DNA from: Candidatus Methanoperedenaceae archaeon | GTDB lineage: Archaea > Halobacteriota > Methanosarcinia > Methanosarcinales > Methanoperedenaceae | DNA length: 40,004 nucleotides | Direction of reading: 5' to 3' | Assembly (NCBI GenBank): GCA_963753595.1 | Contig: CAVWCX010000035.1 | Coordinates: 1-40,004, forward strand | Part shown: piece after piece, positions 32,363-40,004 of the stretch | How positions within the stretch are numbered: the first letter of the stretch is position 1 | Layout of the letters: each line of letters begins with the position of its first letter | The notes under the pieces: model-generated | The model's input: only the letters and a program-made list of their open reading frames with translations | Told to the model about the DNA's origin: nothing | Database searches by the model: none | Made by a program: the position numbers and the translations under genes

Positions 32363-32384
32363 GGTCACAGAATGTATTGTGACC
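32363..32384. promoter_or_regulatory. perfect dyad GGTCACA-N8-TGTGACC in the hdrBC/dnaG divergent region
   Basis: 7-bp perfect inverted repeat within a 487-bp AT-rich intergenic region. Confidence 0.3.
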
Positions 32385-32544
32385 TGATAGATCAATGTTA
32401 CTTGTCATTCACAGTTTGGGTTATAAAAAGTCAAATAGTCCGGGACTAATACGGTACTTTAGTTCAGGATAGGTACTTTCAAAAATAGCAAAAGCTCAAA
32501 CTAATGAAATCTTTTTCTAATACTGTTCAAAGGGAGGGTACATT

Positions 32545-33936
32545 ATGCAAAATTCAGATACAACAAAATATATCATTCATGCAACGATAAAAGCAGACGG
32601 AGTAATAGAACGCCCGGATGTTGTCGGAGCAATATTCGGACAAACCGAAGGTTTAATAGGCGCGGATCTTGACCTGCGGGAACTGCAAAAGAGCGGAAGG
32701 ATCGGAAGGCTTGAGGTAAACATAAAGTCAAACATGGGTAAATCGGCAGGAACAATAGATATACCATCAAGTCTTGACAAAGTTGAGACCGCAGTCCTTG
32801 CAGCAAGCCTTGAAACCATAGACAGGATCGGCCCTTGCATTTCCACTATCAACATCGTGAAAATCGAAGATGTCAGGAGTTCGAAAAGAAAACAGATAGT
32901 AGACAGGGCAAAGCAGGTCCTTACAGCAATGTTCGATGAAATGCTCCCGGAAAGCCAGGAGATCATTGATGAGGTAAGGCAATCCGTAAGAATAGAAGAA
33001 ATGACTACATACGGAAAAGATAACATCCCCATGGGCCCTAATGTGCTTGATTCGGATGCTATTATCGTTGTTGAGGGGCGGGCGGATGTCCTTAACCTTC
33101 TTCGCTACGGCATTAAGAACTCAATAGCTGTTGGCGGGACGAATGTGCCGCAGGCCGTTGCAGACCTGTGCAAGAAGAAGACGGTTACAGCCTTCACAGA
33201 CGGCGACAGGGGCGGAGAATTGATCATCAAGGAATTGCTCCAGGTCGCAGATGTGGATTTCATTGCCAGGGCCCCGGACGGGAAAGGCGTTGAGGAACTT
33301 GTCCAGAAAGAAGTCGTAAAATCATTAAGGCAGAAAATACCTGTTGAGCAGGCATTTGATTATTACCAGGTTAACAAGAAGAGAAGAATAGCGATACTTG
33401 CAGCAACAAAGAAGAAAGCTGGAAAAAGTGAACATCTCCTTCCTGAAGAAGGGGAAGCAAAACCTATCAGGGAAGGACCTGCAGAAATTGAGCCGGTCGC
33501 AGAGCAGGAAAGACCCAGGACAAGAGCAGAACCAAGGGCTGAAAACAGGTTTGAATCCAGGGCAGAAACAAGAACTGAACCAAGAACCGAACTACGGGCT
33601 GAATCAAGATTCGAACCCAGGAAAGAACCAAAACCCGAAAAAGAGGTAAAGGAGAGTCCTTTCCATGAACATATAACCGATCTGAGCGGCACCCTTAGCG
33701 CTCGTTTCATAGATGAAAATAATAATACGATCAATGAAGTGCCTGTTCGTGATCTTGCAACAGCATTGAAAGATGCAAATGGCAATATTAAATCTGTTGT
33801 CTTTGATGGTGTTATAACCCAGCGCATTGTGGATATTGCGGCCGAAAAAGGTATTGAGAACCTGGTTGGCGCAAAAATGGGAAATATCGTGAAAAGCCCG
33901 GCTTCGATCCATATCGAAACATCAAACCTCCTGTAG
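32545..33936 (+). CDS. dnaG: archaeal DnaG-type primase/exosome-associated protein
   Basis: [26 protein letters not shown] and DGDRGG, C-terminal VFDGVITQR. Confidence 0.96.
   Translation: MQNSDTTKYIIHATIKADGVIERPDVVGAIFGQTEGLIGADLDLRELQKSGRIGRLEVNIKSNMGKSAGTIDIPSSLDKVETAVLAASLETIDRIGPCISTINIVKIEDVRSSKRKQIVDRAKQVLTAMFDEMLPESQEIIDEVRQSVRIEEMTTYGKDNIPMGPNVLDSDAIIVVEGRADVLNLLRYGIKNSIAVGGTNVPQAVADLCKKKTVTAFTDGDRGGELIIKELLQVADVDFIARAPDGKGVEELVQKEVVKSLRQKIPVEQAFDYYQVNKKRRIAILAATKKKAGKSEHLLPEEGEAKPIREGPAEIEPVAEQERPRTRAEPRAENRFESRAETRTEPRTELRAESRFEPRKEPKPEKEVKESPFHEHITDLSGTLSARFIDENNNTINEVPVRDLATALKDANGNIKSVVFDGVITQRIVDIAAEKGIENLVGAKMGNIVKSPASIHIETSNLL
33523..33642 (+). repeat. degenerate 12-bp (R-x-E-x) tandem repeat, about 10 units, in the DnaG linker
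   Basis: [40 protein letters not shown]. Confidence 0.8.
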
Positions 33937-33943
33937 GAATAAG

Positions 33944-34969
33944 ATGTGGGTTAATCCCAGACCGGATTTTAGCCCTGAAAAACCACTGTTCCTTTGCATA
34001 CTGGCAAATACGGAAACGGCTAAAATCCCTAATATATCGGCAGCAGGAAAATCCCCGGAACTCACTGATTTTACTCCTGCCGCAGATGCAGAACTTGTGG
34101 AGACGGGAAACGCCATAAGCATCAATGAGCCGGCAATGACGCCATCAGGCGCCCCCTCTCCCGCAGTTTTGACAAGAGCTTCAATGCTGCTTACCGGGAT
34201 CCCCTGTATTTTTATTAACTCCGGGCTTCGCGTCCGCCCCATGATACCAACCATAGACTTGAATGCCAGTCCTGGCGGTGATATCCGAAAAGGTCATGCA
34301 GTTGTTGATGCGCTTGAAATTTACAATAAATCAAAGGCGCTGGGCGAAAAACTTGGGAAACTTTCGGATTTTGTGATAATCGGTGAGAGCGTGCCCGGAG
34401 GAACAACAACAGCCATGGGCGTGCTCAAGGCTCTTGGTTATGATGGTAAAGTCTCATCCAGCTTCCCGAAAAATCCCCTGGGAATAAAGAGTAAAGTCGT
34501 AGAAGAAGCAATGAAAAATTCAGGAATATCTTTTGGAAGCTTAAGGAACAGTCCGCTCAAAGCGGTTGAAAGTCTTGGCGATCCAATGATGGCAGCAGCG
34601 GCAGGACTTGTTGATGGGCTCAATAAAAAGACTGTGCTTGCAGGCGGGACCCAGATGGTATCTGTCCTTAGCGTTATTAAACATCTTGGCCTTGTGCGTG
34701 ATGTTTCCATTGCAACGACGCGATATGTTGCTGACGATAAAAGTGCGAATTTTCGGGGAATGACCGAAATCCTTGGCTACGAGGCTTTTGCTGCGGATCC
34801 CGGTTTTGGAAATTCAAGGAGAAAAGGGCTTCGTATGTATGAGGATGGGGATGTGAAGGAAGGAGTAGGTGCAGGCGGCGCCATGTTCGCAGCTGCAATG
34901 ATGGGTGTTTCCCGGAAGGAATTCAGGGAAAAAACAGAAGAAGTGTGCGATAGTATATTCGGGATTTGA
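33944..34969 (+). CDS. cobT: archaeal CobT-like nicotinate mononucleotide:base phosphoribosyltransferase
   Basis: ISAAG, TPAADAE, PSPAVLTRA, GESVPGGTTTA, LAGGTQM, KEGVGAGG. Confidence 0.82.
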   Translation: MWVNPRPDFSPEKPLFLCILANTETAKIPNISAAGKSPELTDFTPAADAELVETGNAISINEPAMTPSGAPSPAVLTRASMLLTGIPCIFINSGLRVRPMIPTIDLNASPGGDIRKGHAVVDALEIYNKSKALGEKLGKLSDFVIIGESVPGGTTTAMGVLKALGYDGKVSSSFPKNPLGIKSKVVEEAMKNSGISFGSLRNSPLKAVESLGDPMMAAAAGLVDGLNKKTVLAGGTQMVSVLSVIKHLGLVRDVSIATTRYVADDKSANFRGMTEILGYEAFAADPGFGNSRRKGLRMYEDGDVKEGVGAGGAMFAAAMMGVSRKEFREKTEEVCDSIFGI

Positions 34970-34974
34970 AGTAT

Positions 34975-35346
34975 TTATTTCATTATTTCTTTATCAATAT
35001 TAGCCGCGATTTTCTTCATTTTATTATACCATTCATCGATGTTTCCCTCTACCATCTCTTTTAGCTTCAGGGGTTCAAGCGCTTTATATTCATAGTAATA
35101 CCCGCCTTCTGTGATGGTTTTTGTCTCCCTGTGAACAAGACCGCTTGTCATCAGGTTCTGCAGCGACCTGTAAGCAGTGCTTCGCTCACGTGTAAGGAGG
35201 TCTCCCAGGCTTTCTGCGGTCATGGGGCCTTTTGCTACAAGTACTTTGTAGGCATCTATATCGATGTTCTTAAGACCGAGGATACACTTTGCGATATCGT
35301 CGCATTTGAAATCTCCACGGATCATTTCTGGAATTGATCTTGGCAT
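34975..35346 (-). CDS. TrmB-like HTH transcriptional regulator
   Basis: CxxxxxCxLGL, RERSTAYRSLQNL, GGYYYEY wing. Confidence 0.85.
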   Translation of the reverse strand: MPRSIPEMIRGDFKCDDIAKCILGLKNIDIDAYKVLVAKGPMTAESLGDLLTRERSTAYRSLQNLMTSGLVHRETKTITEGGYYYEYKALEPLKLKEMVEGNIDEWYNKMKKIAANIDKEIMK

Positions 35347-35356
35347 AATAATCTAT

Positions 35357-35379
35357 GTTTTGCACAATTAGTACAAAAC
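35357..35379. promoter_or_regulatory. palindromic operator GTTTTGCAC-N5-GTACAAAAC
   Basis: 8/9 inverted repeat 10 bp upstream of the regulator's start, in a 66-bp divergent intergenic region. Confidence 0.6.
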
Positions 35380-35412
35380 CTATCTATACCTTTAAGTTTA
35401 AATAACTTATGA

Positions 35413-35595
35413 ATGAAAAGCGCAGGTTTTATTATTGTCCTTGGATGTAAAAAATGTGGGAAATGCGATGGGGTTTGCGAAACCGGGGCTTTGACGCATG
35501 TGGATGGCATTGCCCGCGTAGATAATGAAAAATGCAATTTATGTATGCGATGCGTTAAGGTATGCCCTAATAAAGCACTTGTGTATCTTGATTGA
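35413..35595 (+). CDS. 2x[4Fe-4S] ferredoxin
   Basis: CKKCGKCDGVC and CNLCMRCVKVCP in 60 aa. Confidence 0.9.
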   Translation: MKSAGFIIVLGCKKCGKCDGVCETGALTHVDGIARVDNEKCNLCMRCVKVCPNKALVYLD

Positions 35596-35678
35596 AGGTA
35601 TTATATTAAAGGCATCACAATAATTATATATTACCCTACTGCCAATATAAGGTTGCGCTAAATGCGTGAGGTGAATAT

Positions 35679-36179
35679 ATGGAACTAGTAAACGCAGTCG
35701 TAGGGATTATACAATTAGTTATTGCCATTATCCTTGCAGTCGTTGCATTGTATATTGGTTTTTCCGTATTAGGAAAGATAACTAAAGGAATTGATGAAGA
35801 AAAGGAAATCGCCAAAGGTAATACTGCGGTCGGAATCCTTGTAGCATCGGTATTTATTGCGATAGGAATAGTCGTCCAATCAGGAGTTTCAGGTATTTCA
35901 GTGGGAATTTCACAGGCTATTAATGCTGGTCTTATGTCCTCTCTGGGCATAACAATAATCGTTGTCAGCATTCTTCAATTAGTGCTTGGCATAGTGCTTG
36001 CAATTGTAGCAATATATCTTGCATTGAATATTCTCGATAAACTGACCAAAGGGATCGATGAATTCGCAGAAATCAAGAAAGGAAATGTTGCAGTAGCCCT
36101 TGAAATGGCAGGTGTAATAATCACGGTTGCGATTATCATCCAGTCAGGAGTAATGGGTATAACAGCCGCATTGATCTGA
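35679..36179 (+). CDS. DUF350-type membrane protein (internal duplication)
   Basis: Two copies of K(I/L)TKGIDExxEIxKGNxAV between hydrophobic helices. Confidence 0.85.
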   Translation: MELVNAVVGIIQLVIAIILAVVALYIGFSVLGKITKGIDEEKEIAKGNTAVGILVASVFIAIGIVVQSGVSGISVGISQAINAGLMSSLGITIIVVSILQLVLGIVLAIVAIYLALNILDKLTKGIDEFAEIKKGNVAVALEMAGVIITVAIIIQSGVMGITAALI

Positions 36180-36189
36180 AGATCAATCC

Positions 36190-36209
36190 TTTTTTAATTT
36201 TTTTTTTTT
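36190..36209 (+). terminator. T-tract terminator
   Basis: TTTTTTAATTTTTTTTTTTT 10 nt after the DUF350 stop. Confidence 0.6.
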
Positions 36210-36224
36210 CTGAAATAATATCAA

Positions 36225-36650
36225 TTATGAAACACCTTTTTTCTCAAGATATATTGCAATAAACCTTGCGAAAGTATTAAAATCTTGTAGATTTTCCGTC
36301 AAGTTGTAATAGATCTCATCAATATCGATTTTCGCATACATGTGGACAAGAACATTTCTAAGGCCTGCTGCATTCGAGAATTTTTGTGCAAAATCTTCAG
36401 GCATTATTCCGGCACGTCCCAGTGTAAGTATGACTTCCCTGTAACTGTCAGGTCTTTTCAGGTTCTCATATGATATTACCATCTCTGCGATATCAATAGA
36501 ACATTCCAGACTCAGCTCAAGATATCTTTCCAGTGCTCCGCGAATTGTAAAATCATTTTTTATTTCTTCAACATTATATTTTTTATAACTTCGAAGGTTT
36601 TCGACATATTCTGATAAGAGTTCAAGCTTTGATACGATTTCATCCTTCAT
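36225..36650 (-). CDS. hepT: HEPN (DUF86/HepT) RNase toxin
   Basis: RNVLVHMY (RX4HXY) motif; coupled to the upstream MNT gene. Confidence 0.9.
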   Translation of the reverse strand: MKDEIVSKLELLSEYVENLRSYKKYNVEEIKNDFTIRGALERYLELSLECSIDIAEMVISYENLKRPDSYREVILTLGRAGIMPEDFAQKFSNAAGLRNVLVHMYAKIDIDEIYYNLTENLQDFNTFARFIAIYLEKKGVS

Positions 36651-37069
36651 ACTAGTCCCCTCAATGCGATTGATTTTAAAGCCAATGTGTTATGCCGCTC
36701 TATATGGAATTTTTCATCCAGATATCTGGAAATGATCCGAGTCTCAAATTCTATTCTTTTATTTTCATTCAAAGATTTCAGGATTTTCCCATGTTTGATA
36801 ATATTGTAATTCAATAAAACCGAACTTTTTTCCATATCTATTATATCGATTTTATTAATTTTGCAGGCTGCCGCAAGTTCTCCAGTGAGTTTTAATCTAT
36901 GTTCATATTTTCGATGCGAATCTATTTCAGAAGCATACAAAACACCCACATCTAGATCACTTAATGAATTCATATCCCCTCTTGCATATGATCCAAATAA
37001 ATAGGAGAGGATAATATAATCTTCTTTTTTCAATATATTACTAACTATTTTTTCATAATCTAATGACAT
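36647..37069 (-). CDS. mntA: minimal nucleotidyltransferase (MntA) antitoxin
   Basis: YLFGSYARG...SDLDVGV (GSX10DXD) motif. Confidence 0.9.
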   Translation of the reverse strand: MSLDYEKIVSNILKKEDYIILSYLFGSYARGDMNSLSDLDVGVLYASEIDSHRKYEHRLKLTGELAAACKINKIDIIDMEKSSVLLNYNIIKHGKILKSLNENKRIEFETRIISRYLDEKFHIERHNTLALKSIALRGLV

Positions 37070-37157
37070 TAATAAATATCATGTGTTAATAGATTATTAA
37101 CTTTATTAACCAAATTTAACATATTTATTAAAAAGTAAAAAAGAGAGAAGTTTTCAC

Positions 37158-39437
37158 TTATCCCTTCCTCTCCCTTGCCCCCTTCAGCAGCAACTGAAGC
37201 TCCGTTCTCGCAACCATATCCCGCACAGCTTCAACCGCATCAATATTCGCGGAAATGCTCGTGATACCAAGCTCAACAAGCCTCTTTGCAACCTTCGGGT
37301 TGCTGCCAGCCTGTCCGCAGATGCTGGTCTTCACGCCAACCTTATTGCACTCGATGATGACATGCTCGATCAGTTTCATGATAGCAGGATGCAGCTCATT
37401 ATATAGGTGCGCTACATGCTCATTATTCCTGTCAACCGCAAGCGTGTACTGGGTCAGGTCGTTGGTACCAAAGCTCACGAAATCAAGCCCCTCGGCGAGG
37501 AACTGATCGATGATCAGCGCCGCTGCAGGGATCTCGACCATTATCCCGATATCGATCTTGTCAATATTAAGCCCGTTATTCCGCATGAACTCCTTTGCTC
37601 TTCGTAGTTCCGAAGGATGCTGGACAAGAGGGATCATTATACCCATGTTATTGTAACCGCGTTTGATCAATTCCTTGAAGGCCCTTACCTCAAGTTCAAA
37701 GTGTTCAGTATCAATAAGATCACGCCTGATACCGCGATATCCAAGCATCGGATTTGGCTCAACCGGTTCGCCTTCTCCGCCTTCCATCGCCCTGAACTCA
37801 TCAGTGGGCGCATCAAGTGTTCTTACCCAGACAGGCCTGGGATAGAAAGCATCAACTACCGTCTGGATTCTCGAAACAAGCTCTTCAACATACTCATCTG
37901 CCTTTCCTTCCTTTATATACTGTTTAGGGTGTTTGGGAAGACCAAGGATCATGTGCTCGATCCGTAAAAGTCCTACGCCATCTGCCTGTGTCTCAATAGC
38001 CCGCGCTGTAGCTTCGGGGATTGAAACATTAACCTTCACTTCAGTTGCAGTTATGGGTTTTGATTTTGTAAAAGAGACAACTGATTTTTCCTTTTGTGCT
38101 GCTTCAGGGACTGCAATTTCTTTCCTGCCTTCAAATACAAGCCCTTTTTCCCCGTCTACGGTTATTTTCATACCATCTGTTAAAACTTCAGTTGCCTTTC
38201 TCGTTCCTACAACAGCCGGACAGCCAAGTTCCCGTGACACAATTGCTGCATGGCATGTAAGGCCGCCTTCATCTGTAACTATAGCTGCTGCCCGCTTCAT
38301 CGCAGGGACCATATCAGGCGTGGTCATGACCGCTACAAGAATGTCACCGTCTTTGACTTTACCAAGCTGGCTTGCATCTGAAACGAACTTTGCTTCACCG
38401 TACGCAATGCCCGGTGAAGCCCCAAGACCCTCAAGAATAGCCGTTGTCGCGGCTTTTCCTTTTGGTTCTTTCTTCTTGATCGTGGTGATCGGTCTTGATT
38501 GGAGAATGAATATCTCTTTGTTCTTTATCGCCCATTCAATATCCTGGGGTATCCCATAGAGGTCTTCCAGCAATTCCCCGAACTCAACGAGTTTTAAAAT
38601 TTCATCATCTTCAAGAACCTTTGCATTTTTCTTATCTTGCGGCACAGGAAGATCAATTGTCTTCCCTGTTTTGGGGTCCTTTGTATGCATGATATTCTTG
38701 GTAGCGATCCTTCGTTCTTTTATTGTCTTTGAATTCCTGTCTACCATATAATAGTCCGGAGAAACTGAACCTGATACTACGGTCTCTCCCAGCCCCCATG
38801 CTCCTTCAATGATGGTAAGGGGCTCTCCGGTTGAAGGATGCGATGAGAACATCACACCTGCTTTTTCAGCATCTACCATCATCTGGACAACTGCACAAAG
38901 ATTGACCTTTCGGTGGTCAAAACCCTGCTTAACACGATAATAGATAGCTCTTGCCCCATACAGGGATGCCCAGCATTTCTTGACAGCATCGATCACGTTT
39001 TGTTCCCCTTTCATATTAAGGAAAGTATCCTGCTGTCCTGCAAAACTTGCATCAGGAAGATCTTCAGCTGTCGCGCTTGAGCGCACGGCTACAAAAACCT
39101 CTTCTCCCTCTTTCTTGCACATTTCCCGATATTTTGACCTGATACTGTTATCGATATCCTGTGGCATTTTTGCATCCATCAGGATCTTTTTTGCTTTTTT
39201 CTCAGCATTGCGTAATATATCCGCATTATCAACATCAACTTCAAGAGAACCGAAAAGCTCATCATTTATCCCGGTTTCATCAATAAATCTCCTGAACGCC
39301 TGTGCAGTCACGGCAAAACCTGTAGGAACAGGCAGTTCTGCCCGCAGCATCTCACCAAGGCTTGCACCTTTTCCGCCAACGATCGCAATATCTTCTTTTC
39401 CAACTTCTTCAAGCCAGACAACTGAATCTTCGGTCAT
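37158..39437 (-). CDS. ppsA: phosphoenolpyruvate synthase
   Basis: VGGKGASLGE, VAVRSSATAED, GGLTCHAAIVSRE phospho-His motif, SFGTNDLTQ, ICGQ. Confidence 0.97.
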   Translation of the reverse strand: MTEDSVVWLEEVGKEDIAIVGGKGASLGEMLRAELPVPTGFAVTAQAFRRFIDETGINDELFGSLEVDVDNADILRNAEKKAKKILMDAKMPQDIDNSIRSKYREMCKKEGEEVFVAVRSSATAEDLPDASFAGQQDTFLNMKGEQNVIDAVKKCWASLYGARAIYYRVKQGFDHRKVNLCAVVQMMVDAEKAGVMFSSHPSTGEPLTIIEGAWGLGETVVSGSVSPDYYMVDRNSKTIKERRIATKNIMHTKDPKTGKTIDLPVPQDKKNAKVLEDDEILKLVEFGELLEDLYGIPQDIEWAIKNKEIFILQSRPITTIKKKEPKGKAATTAILEGLGASPGIAYGEAKFVSDASQLGKVKDGDILVAVMTTPDMVPAMKRAAAIVTDEGGLTCHAAIVSRELGCPAVVGTRKATEVLTDGMKITVDGEKGLVFEGRKEIAVPEAAQKEKSVVSFTKSKPITATEVKVNVSIPEATARAIETQADGVGLLRIEHMILGLPKHPKQYIKEGKADEYVEELVSRIQTVVDAFYPRPVWVRTLDAPTDEFRAMEGGEGEPVEPNPMLGYRGIRRDLIDTEHFELEVRAFKELIKRGYNNMGIMIPLVQHPSELRRAKEFMRNNGLNIDKIDIGIMVEIPAAALIIDQFLAEGLDFVSFGTNDLTQYTLAVDRNNEHVAHLYNELHPAIMKLIEHVIIECNKVGVKTSICGQAGSNPKVAKRLVELGITSISANIDAVEAVRDMVARTELQLLLKGARERKG

Positions 39438-39865
39438 ATTTTTATCTCCTTTAATGATTTTTGGATCTTCACGAGTTTTTTATCATAACTTTCTACAGCT
39501 ACTTTGAGCATGAATTCGAGTTTCTTCCTGTCAAACCCCAGTTCTTTTGCGAGATTTTCAAGGAAATAGACATCGATTTCCTTATGCTGCGCCCTCTCCA
39601 CCCTTATCGCTTCGATAAGCGCCATGGCATTAATGAATTTTTTCGCAAAATCAAATGTGGGAGTGACACTTCCGGTTTCAATCCGCGAGATTGATTCACG
39701 ACGCAGGTCCATCAACTCGCCGAAATCTTCCTGTGACATACCATATCTCTTTCTGTTCTGACAGATCACTTCACCTGTATCCTGTGTTAAAAATAGTGCT
39801 CCTGCTATTTCTTTTTGGAATGATAAAAGCCATTCAGGGGTATACAGCAAGGGTTTTGATGTCAT
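39434..39865 (-). CDS. XRE-family HTH regulator, translationally coupled to ppsA
   Basis: R...GMSQEDFG.....RESISRIETG...P; ATGA overlap with ppsA. Confidence 0.85.
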   Translation of the reverse strand: MTSKPLLYTPEWLLSFQKEIAGALFLTQDTGEVICQNRKRYGMSQEDFGELMDLRRESISRIETGSVTPTFDFAKKFINAMALIEAIRVERAQHKEIDVYFLENLAKELGFDRKKLEFMLKVAVESYDKKLVKIQKSLKEIKI

Positions 39866-39901
39866 TTTGAAGTATTTCTCCTTAATCGATGTTTATTTAA
39901 A

Positions 39902-39920
39902 TGTTACTTTAAATGTCACA
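39902..39920. promoter_or_regulatory. operator-like dyad TGTTACTT-N3-ATGTCACA upstream of XRE-ppsA
   Basis: Imperfect inverted repeat next to an AT-rich TATA-like stretch; another ATGTCACA half-site at 39996-40003. Confidence 0.45.
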
Positions 39921-40004
39921 ATCAATTCAAGTCGTTATTTTGGTTCGCTAATATTAATACTTTTCTAACAACGTTTGGGAAATAACATGATTATTATGTC
40001 ACAT

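Noticed and set aside
36225-37069. MNT-HEPN pair as a novel system
   Set aside because: Canonical, widespread archaeal toxin-antitoxin module with standard motifs.

Overview
Archaeal chromosomal segment. The split rpoB''/B' and rpoA'/A'' genes, HdrB/C, archaeal DnaG and BHB-intron tRNA fit a methanogen-lineage euryarchaeon; Methanosarcinales, possibly Ca. Methanoperedens-like, is an inference. From left to right the window holds: an IS1182-type element; the tRNA-Lys-rpoH-B''-B'-A'-A''-L30e-nusA-S12-S7 cluster (minus strand); pirin; two tandem, each-frameshifted glycosyltransferases with PAP2 and mtnA; roadblock, ychF and an archaeal AAA ATPase flanked by 40-bp palindromic repeats; an accessory/defence region at about 20.2-27.1 kb; an HdrB-HdrC fusion coupled to split glutamate synthase genes; dnaG, cobT, TrmB/ferredoxin, DUF350, an MNT-HEPN toxin-antitoxin pair, ppsA and an XRE regulator. 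The most unusual feature is the accessory region. The 3' 0.4-0.5 kb of a Nif3/DUF34 gene is repeated twice downstream, and each copy is followed by different cargo (HicBA; wHTH plus small membrane protein plus a TIR/NDT-like protein; a terminase remnant, SIR2-TPR and an AbiTii-like gene). No recombinase is present, and the copies are mosaic with many synonymous differences, which suggests an integrase-free, homology-anchored cassette array. A second notable item is a nested palindromic mini-element inside the glutamate synthase operon, bounded by a 12-bp direct repeat. All family calls come from motif recognition by eye; no searches were run.
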